DNA from: Podarcis filfolensis
Taxonomy: Eukaryota
Assembly (NCBI GenBank): GCA_964270895.1
Contig: OZ185447.1
Strand: one strand, 5' to 3'
DNA length: 64,000 nucleotides
Shown piece by piece: positions 38,161 to 50,883 of the stretch; positions within the stretch are counted from its first letter, which is position 1, and each line of letters opens with the position of its first letter. Both the position numbers and the translations under genes were made by a program. The notes beneath the pieces are model-generated. The model had not been told where the DNA came from. It made no database searches and saw nothing but the letters and a program-made list of their open reading frames with translations.

Positions 38161-39350
38161 ACACAAATGTATTGTGTATGAGGAGGACACTGTACCCGAC
38201 TATTGCCTCTCAGAACAATCTATACTGTCATCTTCATGCCAATTGTCTTTGGATGCTCAGAGGTGCCACTGGCTTTTCCCACAATATCTACCAGTGGGAG
38301 GCACTCATAGGGTACGCTTCCAAGAATACTTAAGTGATCAAATGTCAAATATGAATGCTGCTCTGGGTACTTCAGAACATCTTCCTATCGGCTGGGCAGA
38401 CACACCCTGCAATTCCCTTGTTATTCAAGAAGTGGAAAAGAGAAGTTATAACTGATTAATTTTACTCAGTTTTTAACACTCTTATCTGAAGAAATCATCC
38501 CTCCTGCCATGGGACCTACTCAAACACTCCTGAGGCAGAAACTATCTACAGTAAAAATGAATTTTACAACCACTGTGAAATACTGTGAAAAATAACTTCA
38601 GTGTATGTACTGACAGATACTATATATAATCCTTAAAGTTCTACTCGAAACCCTTTTTGAAAAGCAGTGGCTCACAGCCTCAACTATTCACACCATTACT
38701 GTAAAGATAAACTGCAAAGAACATGTATCAAGCACACAGATTCAGAAATTATATATAATCTCTCCTATCACACTGCTCATTTTGCACCATTCCACCTACA
38801 GCCAATTTACAGAAATCATTGTATGTCTCTAGATCTAATATAATGATGACTCATATATAATGGCTAGTCTTTTATGCACTATTCCCTACTTTCAAGGGTT
38901 ATGTAGAGACTAAATTGTAAAGCAGATTGCAAATCATCTTTCTTTGAAAGGCTTTAAAGAAGATTCTATGAGAGATACTTTAGAAATTCCCTCCCCTCCC
39001 CTGACATCAGATGTTTTCTATGAACACAGTATTATGAAGGAGCCTGTGCAAGTAACCTACTCCCTCCAGTAAGATTAGTTTGTTGGAATTACTGTTTACA
39101 AGGTTCTCTGCAATACTACTCAATATACTAGATATGTGACCATATTTTCTGCCACAATTTTCTTCTTTCAACACATATGCCTGAATATGCCTTGCATAAC
39201 TCAAAAGCTCATATCAAAAATCTTGAATATTACCTGGTACTTAATTCTTTTTCACCACGATACTGTCCTTGATAGCTATTTCAGCTAACTATTGTTTAGC
39301 AATAAGGGAGGGACATGATGACAAATCACCCTCCCCCAACACTCCACCCT

Positions 39351-39380
39351 CAACCATGGCTTGATCAACCATGGCTTGAT
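39351..39380. repeat. Perfect 15-nt tandem duplication
   Basis: caaccatggcttgat x2. Confidence 0.9.
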
Positions 39381-41128
39381 GTCACATCTGATAATTAAGA
39401 ACACCCCCTAAACACCAGTTAACCATGGTTACTATTTTGGGAACATTATGCCTGCACCCATTATGACTCTGATCTGGTAGAGAGACTTACTACCTGGTCT
39501 ATTTTTACTGGAATAGAGGTCTTTAGTTATTACAAGTGCGGTCAAAACATTCCCTAGTTTGAGATGTTTGTACAGATTTGGTGATAAATGTTTTGTGATC
39601 AAGTCAGCATCTCTGGGGTTCCCTGCTCCCATAAAACAATGGGAGATCTGATTTAGTGTGTTGGTTTCATTTACATTGAATGAACAAGACTTTAAAAAGT
39701 ATGTTGTGCTAATTTTATGTACTAATTATCTGAATAGTTTCTCCAAAAGTCAGTTAAATGAAGTATTTGCCTGGAGAGGAGAATTCAAGCTGCTACATTC
39801 AATGTGCTTTAAGTGTTAGAGTCAAACAAATTTGAATCTTTATTTGGAAATTATCTTTATTTAAATAATTAATTAAAACAACTCAGTAACATAGTCGACT
39901 CTCAGCTTATGTGGGGGATAAATTCCATGGACAGTGCATAAAGCCAAAATCATGTATAGGCAAGACACACTCTCCCTGCACCTCCAAGCACTCTCCCAAG
40001 GTGAGTGCAGTGGCAGGTGGGATTGCCAATGTTTGTTTGTTTTAATGGATGCCTGCCCCTATTTGTTTGTTTGCTTAAGTTTAAATGCATGTAAGTTGCA
40101 AGTCAATTGTACACAATTATAAAGAAAAAACATTAAGGTACTGAAAACTATTTTACCATACTAAATTTAGTATCCCTCAAGAGCTGTGTGCATAAGCATG
40201 TGCTTTCTAGGGCTAGTCACTTCATAAATAGCCAATTACAACCATGATTTTATATTTCATTAGTATTATATTCATTTCAGTTGCCAAATTTGCACAGTAC
40301 TCATTTCTAAAAATGGAACATTTTCCATGGAAAAAATATCACTTGAAAAATTTCCAGAAATGTTTTCACCCCACAGCACTGTAACAATATATTTGGTCTA
40401 CAAATATTTGCATTAGTAAGTAGTCTCTCTCTGTATACAAGCTGGAAATTAGCTATCGTTCCATTGTATCTAATTACATGTTCTACATAACTCAAAGACT
40501 AAAATATTCATTTACTAACAGAAATTGGCCCAACAAAACTCTCTCATATTATTTCCGGTTTCCATTTTTAAATATATCATTGTATGCACATTTTCCCAAT
40601 TGGGTTATGCCTCCCTTTCTCTCCCTCACAAGAATACCATGTAGACATCTATAATTAGAATAAGCAACCATAACACACACATTTGAATGTTAAGGTTCCC
40701 AACTGTACATCTCCCTTGGACACCGCTTTTGGAAAAAAAACATCCCCAGTGCTACCCAAAACACTGTTCATCAGTACCAATACATACTTTTCACAGGGGA
40801 AAGGCCTGGGAATAGATTCCCCTTCTCATACAATTAAACAATTAATCTCAATGGGGAAAAAATACTAGTGTCAAATCACAAGAACCCCTCCATGTATCTA
40901 AACTCTCCCCTCAATTTTCAGATTACAAGATGGTGTAAAAAATAATGAAATTGTTATGTCAGCTGCTTCTTACTTCTGTTCCCTGCAAGTCACAAAACTT
41001 CAGTTAGTGACCTTTTTTATTTGGACTCGGTTACCAATCAACATTTTCCTGGGCTATTTAGTCAATGGAAATTAATTCAATGAACATGCACTCTTTTTGT
41101 TTAGTTTGCATTCAACTTCCAATAGTAC

Positions 41129-41264
41129 CAGTGGCGTAGCGTGGGTTGTCAGCACCCGGGGCAAGGCAAGTAATTTGCGCCCCCTAACCCGTGGATTTAC
41201 GGCCCCTAACCCTAACTCCCAGATGTTGCGCCCGGTGCAGCCTGCCCCCCCTGCCACGCCACTG
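41129..41264. mobile_element. 136-bp hAT MITE with a perfect TSD
   Basis: TIRs cagtggcgtag / ccacgccactg. Perfect 8-bp TSD aatagtac at 41121-41128 and 41265-41272. Confidence 0.9.
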
Positions 41265-44200
41265 AATAGTACCCATTGAAAGTAAGAGAATGAAACCAAA
41301 ACATTGTTTTTACCTGTCTCAGTTTCTGAATGAAGACGCCGCTCTTTTTCATTCTGCAGAACTTATCACCTTGTGCCATACGCTGCCTAAGTCATCCAGT
41401 ACTTTGACTCAGTTACTTTTATTTTTCCTTTCTGGACCAGAAAGTAAAGAAGTAGCTGTGCCCAAAGCAGAAGTTCCTTCTGAGCTGAGCTAGTCTCCTC
41501 CCTGTATTCAAGTTATTCCTTGGTCACACTGTTGAAAGATTACACTTGGGCACTTTATTTTCCTCCCTCATGAAATCCCCACAAAAAGAGACTTGAACCA
41601 GCTTATTGCTCTTATTTGTGTCAACGATGCTGCCTCCTCCGCACTGTGGCTATCAATTCAGGAAAGGGGGGGAGGGACAGCTGTTACGACAAAGAACTGG
41701 ATGAATCTCTGGCTAGATAGGGTGCTTTTGTGTGATGCCAGATCATGTCAATTATGTGCCATGTTTTCCTGAATAGTTCATTGTTTACCCTTTGCTTGCT
41801 CTGTTTGCACTTTTTACAGCATCTTTATCCTTCAGGATTCTCCTTTTCAATTTCAGAATAGTAAAGCAACAGTAGTCCTGGACTGTACCACATTTATATA
41901 TTCTGATATTAAACACATGCACCAACCACCAGTCATGTTTCCTTTAAAGCTATTTAGCAATCCATTTTGCATAATGTCCACAAACACACAGGGTCAGCAC
42001 CACACATTGCAAACCAGTCACTCATCCTGTCAAAGAGCTACAGGCTCCACAATGCCCTTTAATCACATTCACATTTGTTACTTCAAAATACACCAAGGCA
42101 TCAAAGCTACAGGATCTTCCTTACTCTAAACCCACTATATTGGCCATATGTCAGAGCACATGTATGTGCTCATGTGCATACCTCCCTGACCACTGGTCAG
42201 CGTCTGAAAACAGTTGTGATTAATATACAGCTGTCATTTGCTAAGCTGATGTGACCAATACTCATTTTGTCAGCATACAATTTGATGAACTTTAGCCCCA
42301 CATGGACAGATATACCTATTTACATATTACTTTAAACCCTCAAATTTTGCTCTTTTACAAACACACAGAAATAGACTATGTATTCCACATCCTGGAACAC
42401 TATGCTCCTCCTTTCTTGCATGTCCTTCCTTTCCCCCCTAGCTGCCCACCTTCCTTTTCCAGACCAGGAGGATTCCCTTTGTCTATATATTAATTAGGCC
42501 CTTAGTAGCCATAAACAAACAGCACAAAACTGGTCATGCCAGCAGCATTAAGACTGGTTCCCTGGCCCTACCCTCTCTATTTCATGCTTCTGTCCTTGCA
42601 TGATTCCTTCCCCGCCCCCCCACCCAGTGACATGAAGTCCACAAATACTCCAGAGAATCTCCCACTACTCTGAAGTATCACCCTCCTCTAATCCCTACAC
42701 CTTTCTCCTGTTTTATCTCCCCCACTGAAGTGGGACATAAACTGGGAGATGACTTTTCCCCCTAGCCAGCTTAGCTAGCCTCCTGATGAGACCCTTTCCT
42801 GCCACTACCTAGGAACTGCAGCTTTTATTTTCTTTACATATACCAAGTAAAGGTTATCTAGACAGAACATTAGAGCTGTTGAATTTTCCACTGCTATGCT
42901 TCCTGTGGATTGCCTATATCTTCAGCAACAGCAGCCGGTGTATGAGTGCACTTAGGATGCACTTGAGGATAAACTGAAAATTAGTTGGACAAGTAACTGA
43001 AAAGTGCCATCCCCTTCTAGCAGTTTCTGAACAAAGCTAGAATCCTGACAGTAGCTTCCAACCCTCAAGAACCTTCACAGGAGACTGAGGATATCTGTAA
43101 TATGCCCCCTTTTAAACAGCCCTGGGAATCTCTTTACACACACACACAACCCTTCCCTTCATTGGTAGGGCATAAATTATGTGGGTAAAGTGTGCCTGCC
43201 TTAACACTGTTCAGGAGCCTCCACATGCCTACAACTTGTTTCTCTCCCAATTCTAATCTAGTCCCAGCACACTTCTACAGCAGCTCTGCAACCTTCTTCC
43301 ATTATCTCTACCACTGCTCCAAACACATACTTTCTCATAACTGAATTTCTTCTGGCTACAACCTGCCAATTCATCCCCATCCCCAAACACCTGAAGAATA
43401 GCATTTTCAGGTCAGACCCTGCCCCACCTTACAGTTTGCTCTTCAAGTTCTGGTTAATTTCACCCCACACCCAAAATAATAATAATGCATTAATGTCCAT
43501 GTTCCTCCACTGTGTATATAATCAAGGCAGCCCCAATCCTGGGACTTTCACTGCCGCTCCCACAGTGTGCTTAGGCTCCTCCCCTTCCTCTTCAAGCTCA
43601 TTCTCCACCCATCCTGCCCCACTCCCAGTGGAAGTGGGTGGGATCCCAAACTCTGTTAACGAACCTCTTCGCCCAACTTCCCTACATGTACCTTGGTGCC
43701 ACTAAACACACACAACAGACTTCCTAACGTAACATTTCCTTTCCTCTCTAGTGCACATCCTTCCCACAAGCGATATCCCACAGAATGGCACAGGCGGGGC
43801 GAGGGAACCCTTCCATCTGCGTAACCTATCACGACTGACTCCACCCCACCCAATATACACAGTGTTTCCCTCTTATTTGCAGGCTTACCTATTCCAAGAC
43901 GACTACATACACCTTTCCCAGTTTTGTTCGAGGGAAAGGATCTCCTCCAGTGGAATGCCCTCGCGTCGACGGGAGAAGAAACCACTTTACACTTGTACAT
44001 GTAATCTCCCTTATTGTAATCACGACAGGCAACCCTCCCACCCCCACCCCACTTAGGGGAACTTGTCGCCCTCTCCTTCCGCGGCCAGTTTTCTTCTCTG
44101 GTGTCTGGTAGGCGAGGAAAGGGAATTTCCTTCAGCCTCATCTAGTCGCCTCCCTTCCCCCATTTAAAACCCTCCCAATGGACACACAAACACCGCCCCA

Positions 44201-44399
44201 TCTCTTCAGCCACCGCTTTATCGCCCCTCCAGATCTGGGGTGTCCCCCCCTTTCTTTTGAGGGGAGGAGGGAGAAACGAAAAGAGGGGAAGGGAAATCTC
44301 CTTCGGTGAAATCTAAAGCCCCCCTCCCCACTGCCCCATTCATAACCGAACAAACCAGCCCTGCACCACCACCTTCCCCCTCCCCACCCCGGGAAACTT

Positions 44400-45310
44400 T
44401 GGGAAGGCCCAGCCGATGCTCCCTCCGCTCACCTCAAACCGGCTCTTGGTGACTCCGTTCATTTCCCTCCTCATGGTGAAGGCCCTGCGGGGGTCGGCTC
44501 GGGTGAGAGCAGGCCAGGCCGAGCCTGGCCTGGCCCCCCCGGCTCCTGAACGGCGGCGTCAGCAGCGGCCGCCCGCTCAGCCCCGCGGACTCCCCTCGCG
44601 CTGCGGGGCTGAAGGAGGCGCAGCAGCCGGGGAGGCGGAAAGCCCGTCGTCGCCCGTCTGCCTCCCTAGACCAGCGGCGAGGGCCCGGGCGGCGTTAAGG
44701 CTCCTCAGCGGGTGCGGTTGAGGAAGGGGGGGGTCGGCCGGCCGGAGCCCCCTCCGCCGACTAGGCCCACTCCAGAAGGGAGGGGGGGAGCAAAGAGAAA
44801 GCGAGCGAGCGAGAGTTCGGCCTTCGTCAACTACAACTACTACTTCTTCTCCTTCTACCCAAAACAAAAACACTCCGCACCTGCCAGCAACAGCGCCGCT
44901 CATTGGATGAGGGAGGCGCAGGCCGGGGAGGGGAAAGAGCACGGGCGGCGCGCGCCTCTGCGCGCGCGGATGGTGGGAGGAGGAGCGTGTGCGCGCGCCC
45001 ACCCCTACTCCCGGGGACAAGGCGAAGAAGCCGGGAGGGTCCTGGTCTTCCTTTTCTCCCCGCCCCGCACCCCTCCTCAACTCTGGTCTTGGCAGGTGAA
45101 GCGACCGCCTCCCGTCGCCAACCCTGAACCTATGCACGTTTCAATGACGGTCGTCGCATCGCGCAGGATTTCGGTTCCGATCCTACGCACGTGCGCGCCT
45201 CACGGGTGAAGCCGTTCGTCCCTACCGAGCTCGGTGAGGCTTGTAGATGTATGTTTTCAGCGCGCGCGCACTGGCACATTTCGGTTGCGCTCAGCGGTGG
45301 GGACATGCTC
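44400..45310. promoter_or_regulatory. CpG island: FBXL20 promoter and 5'UTR
   Basis: Abrupt GC- and CpG-rich block in AT-rich flanks. Minus-strand CCAAT (ATTGG 44902-44906), GCGCGC runs resembling NRF1 sites, CACGTG E-box near 45188. TSS not determined. Confidence 0.88.
44433..44474 (-). CDS. FBXL20: FBXL20 coding exon 1 (42 nt coding): MRREMNGVTKSRFE
   Basis: Matches the mammalian N-terminus MRRDVNGVTKSRFE. ATG context ttcaccATGa, donor GTgagc, phase 0 joins exon 2, lies in the CpG island. Confidence 0.95.
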
Positions 45311-45887
45311 CCAAGCAGCTCTAGTGACTGGCATCCTTATTGATCTTAACGTTGTGCTGAATGGATCAACAAAAGGAGCTGCTTCTTCGTTGCCATCAGT
45401 TAAAATGCTTCAAACGCAGCTAAACCTTTTTTCTCTTTTTAATTTTCTCTACCTTTCCTCTGGGTTGGAATTATTATTCCCTGGGGTGCCCCTTGCAGCA
45501 AGCTGTTTAGCTTCAGCATCCCATCAGGTGCCTTCAGATCATTCTCTTGAGCAACAAGATGAAAGCTTCCAGTTAAGAAGATTTGGCTCCTTTATTCTTG
45601 GGGGGAGGATTAATTCCTGTGGCATGGTGTTTCATCCAGCTATTGTATATATTTGGGGGGGGGGCACACACGACATTCTCTAACCAGGATAAGTAGCTGC
45701 CTCACTCCCTTGAATCCAAATTCTGCCAAGATCTGATGGATTGGTAGATTGAGCGAGTTGTGGACCACCTGCACTCAGTAGGTTGGCTTTCAGCAAGCCG
45801 ATTATCCTATCAGCTTCACATACATTTTGGTAGGGGGGGTGGAAATACACATATAGAGGATGGTTGCCATATACTGGTAGTGATGAT

Positions 45888-46035
45888 ACAAGCAGTTTGA
45901 CAGTGGAACGAACTGTTTTAAAAGGTGATGGATTCTCCTTCACTAGAGGCTTTAAAGCAGAGAATGGAAGACTAGCTACTGGGGTGCAACAGCAGAGGAT
46001 TTCTGCAAAAGCAAGGGGTTGGACTAAGGTTACCT
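45888..46035 (+). mobile_element. CR1 LINE 3' end fragment
   Basis: gcagtttgacagtggaac...ttctccttcactagaggctttaaagcagag...ggggttggactaaggttacctttgaggtcccttcc resembles the amniote CR1 3' terminus. Confidence 0.65.
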
Positions 46036-46350
46036 TTGAGGTCCCTTCCATATACTCTTACTAATTTACTGTACAAGGGCTATTGTAAGGATTACTGAAA
46101 GGACTGCGCATGAAACTGCATGTACAGGAAAACCTGAAATTACACTGTATAAATGTCAAGCATTCTTACTACTGTTAATTATTAAACAAAACTATTAAGC
46201 TTTTACTCCGATACCATGCATTGAAAATGACCCAAACCAATTAAATGATACTTTTGCCAGTTGTTTACTCAAACGGGAACAAAAGAAGTTGATTTAACAT
46301 TTAGAAATTTATCTTATTTGTATATGAACAATAAAGCTCTTCTACAAACC

Positions 46351-46704
46351 TGGAGGAGGAGGAGACTCTTGAGAGTCCCACAGACTGCAAGAAGATCAAA
46401 CCTATCCATTCTTAAGGAAATCAGCCCTGAGTGCTCATTGGAAGGACAGATCCTGAAGCTGAGTCTCCAATACTTTGGCCACCTCATGAGAAGAGAAGAC
46501 TCCCTGGAAAAGACCCTGATGTTGGGAAAGATGGAGGGCACAAGGAGAATGGGACGACAGAGGACGAGATGGTTGGACAGTGTTCTCGAAGCTACCAGCA
46601 TGAGTTTGACCAAACTGCGGGAGGCAGTGGAAGACAGGAGTGCCTGGCGTGCTCTGGTCCATGGGGTCATGAAGAGTCAGACATGACTAAACGACTAAAC
46701 AACA
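46351..46704 (+). mobile_element. Bov-B (RTE-clade) LINE 3' fragment, fairly young, in the MED1-FBXL20 spacer
   Basis: Open frame WRRRRLLRVP..ARRSNLSILKEISPECSLEGQILKL.LQYFGHLMRREDSLEKTLMLGKMEG..R.GRQRTRWLDSV is the Bov-B ORF C-terminus. (AAC)n tail. Possible 7-bp TSD acaaacc (46344-46350 / 46705-46711). Confidence 0.92.
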
Positions 46705-47692
46705 ACAAACCAGCATTTTGTTTCCACTCTATATTTTCCCCACCTTTGACTAATGGAAACATTTTTGTTAAGTCAAATCGCTGGTCTGCCCTGGGTTCGT
46801 TCCTTTTGGAATGTAATGAAATAAAGTTTCCTCTAGGAATAAATTTTTGAAATAGGAGTACCTGAGGACACAGGTGAAGTCCTCCAAGCACACACAAAAC
46901 ACTACCTTCTCTACTATTACACATTTGACCCCAATCTGTGATTAAGGCAATAGGGCTTCTAAGCCCATTTTAGAAATTAAGTCTGAATATTGCACCGTGT
47001 TAACTAGCCCATCTGATTTGGGAGATGAAGAGAAGCAGACACACATAACCTGGATACCTTCCACTGTCAACACTCAGCATTAGTTCCATATATGCCATCT
47101 TCCAATTAAGAATCTCTGCAGGCAGTAACATCCTATGACCAACTATTCTCATATTACACATCCACCCCAATATCTATCTACACAGTCCTTCTCAAGGTTC
47201 CCCAGAATAGTTATAATAAATCAATAGGCACCTGTACTGTATTTATCTTCATCATATTGTGGCTTATATTCTATCCACGTCAACTAGTAATGTAAATCAA
47301 AGCCTTCAGGAACTAATAGGTGACTAGGAATTAAAAGAAAAAAGCACCGAGAACTTGGATCATGTACAAGGGGTAACCAACAAGATGTGGTCCTCATCTG
47401 TTCAGCATGAGCAGAAGTCCAAGAGTCTGGGGATGCAGACTATTAGACAACTGAGCTTCTTAGACAAAATTGCAGATGAATGTTCAGCACCTACCAGTTC
47501 CTGCTAATATAAAACAGCTATAGTCATGAAGGAAATGCACTACCAACTTTATAAGTTTTGAAATAGAAGTTTCAAAAAAGGCTTCCCTCTTTCCAAAAAA
47601 GCTCTTACTTGACAATCAGAACTTCATCCAAGTAGAAGCCAACTTTTAAAGTGCAGAAATTGAGTTGAGGCAAACATTTCTATCAAACAAAA

Positions 47693-47698
47693 TTTATT
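47693..47698 (-). terminator. Probable MED1 polyadenylation signal (AATAAA), implying a 3'UTR of about 3.2 kb (about 47670-50883)
   Basis: Minus strand ...GATGTACTTC...CATGCAAATAAATTTTGTTTG...: upstream UGUA element and U/GU-rich downstream context. Inferred, with no transcript data. Confidence 0.55.
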
Positions 47699-50600
47699 TG
47701 CATGTAAAACAAACATGTTATTTGAAGTACATCAAAAAACTAAAAATGGTCTATTCCTTCTCCACCTCCTCAGTCACCAGAAGCAGTATTTACACAATTG
47801 TTCACAAGAGTAAAGGACCTACCACGTACATGAAAAGAACCAATCTTAATCTCAGGTGAAGTACCTACACCTGAGATTAATAGGTTTGATTCTTTCCTAT
47901 TTTCTGTTTTGTCTTTACAATACTGAAAGATGTAGGGTAATGTGAACAAATAAATGCACTTTTAGAAGTAAACATGAGAGATTTTAACACAGAAAAGGAT
48001 TGTGTGATACTGGTATGTACTCCCAATTTTAATTGGTGGAACTATTCTTTGAATGGCTTATCTTTCTTCATTCCCTATGAAAAAAACATCACTGCTGGAC
48101 AAAAAAAGGTATATTGTATTAAAAGTAGAACTTTATTAACATCCTGCTTGCATAAGGTAAAAAAAACAACCACACAATTTTGGAACCTGTTAGCATGGTA
48201 GACTTTAGACTTCCATGGAACTAATATGACTTAATCCAGTTTATGCACAGAGGGCTCATAGGCCACAATAAACCTAATCTCTCCCCTCTTTCCCACATAT
48301 AATTGGGTGTTCAGCACTTGTGGGAAATGGAAGGCTGGTACATCATCCTCATCCCTCATATGTGCCAGGGAAAGAGCCATTATGACTGATAAGGGAATCC
48401 ATTCATGAGCAAATCCTGCACCTCTCATACACTGGATCAAGGCTCGTTTTCATTCTGAAGAACCTTTTTGTATAACTCAAAAATCTACTACTGGCCAAGG
48501 TGGATGTCCACTGAAAAACAGAAAGTCTCAATTGTTTTACTTTGGGACCCAAAGAATTACCCCTCTAAAAGATCTGGTAGAATTCATGGTTCAAGAGCCA
48601 TTACCTCTTTTAATATTTTAGACACTGTCCATACCTAAGAATTGTATTACATTGCTCCTCACAGCCTTCATCTTCCAAATACTTTCAACAATTCCATTCC
48701 AATTACAGAGGATACCAGAACTATACTGTGCGTCCCATCATGAAAACACCACTCAAATGTTGCTGCTGGGATGCAGCAAGATGTCCAAAGCCTTAAACAA
48801 TAAAGCTTCTCATTTTGAGTTGCACACTGTTTCTCAGAACCCAGCTTCTTCCCTAAATGAAAAGAATACTGTAAAAACCATCATAATAAAGACAACTGCT
48901 GTGGCCTGAACATACACAGGATTACATTCTGTGATGTGGCTATCACAAAAAAACCTCTTGATCTATCAGAGACCTTGTACACACCCAAGTCGTTTGCAGT
49001 AAAATGAATTGTGTCATTTGCTCTGAATTTATGATTTGCAGTATCTTGGAAACTCAGGAAGCAGGTACACAAGTCAGGAAAACTCTGCAACATATGGTTG
49101 TGTGGGGGTACAGCTTCTCCATTAGAAGCCTCAATGCAACTTCTTCATTAGATAATCCTTGGTGGAGCAAACCTGTGACATAAAAGCTCCTAAGAGTGCA
49201 AGCAGTTTGGGGTGTACAGTTAGCTATCAAAAAGTCCTGCAACCGTTGCAAACCCAGCATGGGTGGTTGTATGCCAGGGATGAGGAAGCTGTGACACTCC
49301 AGAAGTTGTTGGATTCTGACTCCTATTAGTCGCAGCCAGCAGGGCCAATGGTCATGCAAATGATGATGGGAGTTATAGGTCCGGCAACATTTGAATGGCC
49401 ACCGGTTACCACGTGGAGTTCTGTGTGACCAGGTGCTACCCTATTCTCTTGAGCATCAGGGAATGCTCCATGTGAAGATGCTACTGTAGAGAACAAGACA
49501 TCAAGGTGAGGGTGATATGCATATAGTTCATGGCCTTCAATGGAACACAGCAAGGAAAATTCTAATGGCAAATCTTAATCCACCACAATACCATCTCTAT
49601 CTGGTACTATGTGGTTATGGAAAAATTCTAGAATGTTTCCCTTGTATCTAGGTGGGAGTTGAAGTGCACATTCACTAAGCATATATTCTGACCACTCACA
49701 CATTATAGGCTCCTTCTTAATAGGTCTGGAACCCTATATTACCTCACTGGCCTGTGAGCTGCTCCAGTATGCTGTTCTAGTGACTGCTGAAGTCATGTGA
49801 GAGGAGTCAAAGATGCAGCCACTTCACTCTGCCTAGGATTTGAGACAACTGCGAAGGGAAGTAGCTGCACTGCTGATTTCTCCCATATGACCTCAAGGTT
49901 CCTACTTTTCTGGAGTGATATGTAAAGGAGCCATGCTGCAGTGGATCTTATACCAAAGAGGAAACTGATTCCACACTCATGCCAACAAACCACACTCACC
50001 AAGGGGAAAAAGTGTCACTCCCACTTATTTTAACAGCATTCTCTCCTAGCTGGGTTTTCAACCTACTTCAAAATTAAAGGGGTTGAGAAGTCTAACAATC
50101 TACACTCACAGCACCAAACCCTCACTTTCTTCTTCCCCACTCAGTTGCCATCTTATACTATCCAGCGGTAACAGAGGAGACATGCATGGAAGCCAACAGT
50201 TTCCATGGAAGAAATCAATTTTATAATACAAAGATTAAGTGAAATGGCTGTAAAAGATGTAACACATCTATGTCAAATACTTCACCACCTGCATAAGGGC
50301 CCAACTGGTGCTATCCACTGAACAGTTCCATTTCAGATTTTATTTTTAATAGGAGATGGCAGTCTGCACCTTGAGAACTAGGGGAGATACCAGGAACTGA
50401 ACCAATTCCGCTAATTAATTTTTGGTGTAAATATCAGAGTATGAATAACAAAACCCAAACAAGCTTAAATCCTGAACACTAAAAATATGCTCCAGAATGG
50501 AAATGTTCCTAAAAAAGTGAAGTAAAAGAAATGAAATATCTGCCCAAGTTTCAATTCTATCTTGCAAGTCCACAGGCATGTAACTCTGAGACAAGTGACA

Positions 50601-50883
50601 GAACTACACCGAATAGCGTGGTGCATCGATTCTTTGTGGTAGAGACTCTGATTAGATGGAAGTATGCATATGTAAGAGTCCATGTAAACTTCCAAGAGTT
50701 GAAGAATATTTTTTCTCTATGCTCCATTTGTCAAGAAGTACAGCCAAAGAAAAATGCTTGTTTTTACCTGAACCCACAAGGGTGTTGTTTGCACTCACAA
50801 CTTTAAAAACATTTTTAAAACAACACTATATGAAACATTTAGCCCCAGCCCACTTCCCACCTGCCAACCTTGGCTAAATATTC

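Noticed and set aside
44100-45400. Alternative FBXL20 first exon encoding an MAPSRDRLLHFGFKAT-like leader (recalled from mammalian isoforms)
   Set aside because: No matching frame with a phase-0 donor was found by eye.
43656-45683. ORFs of 100-186 aa in and beside the CpG island
   Set aside because: GC-rich DNA is depleted of stop codons. The peptides are Arg/Pro/Ala-rich with no homology I recognise.
50339-50344. Proximal AATAAA in the MED1 3'UTR
   Set aside because: No clear GU/U-rich downstream element. It could be a minor site, but the sequence alone does not support it.
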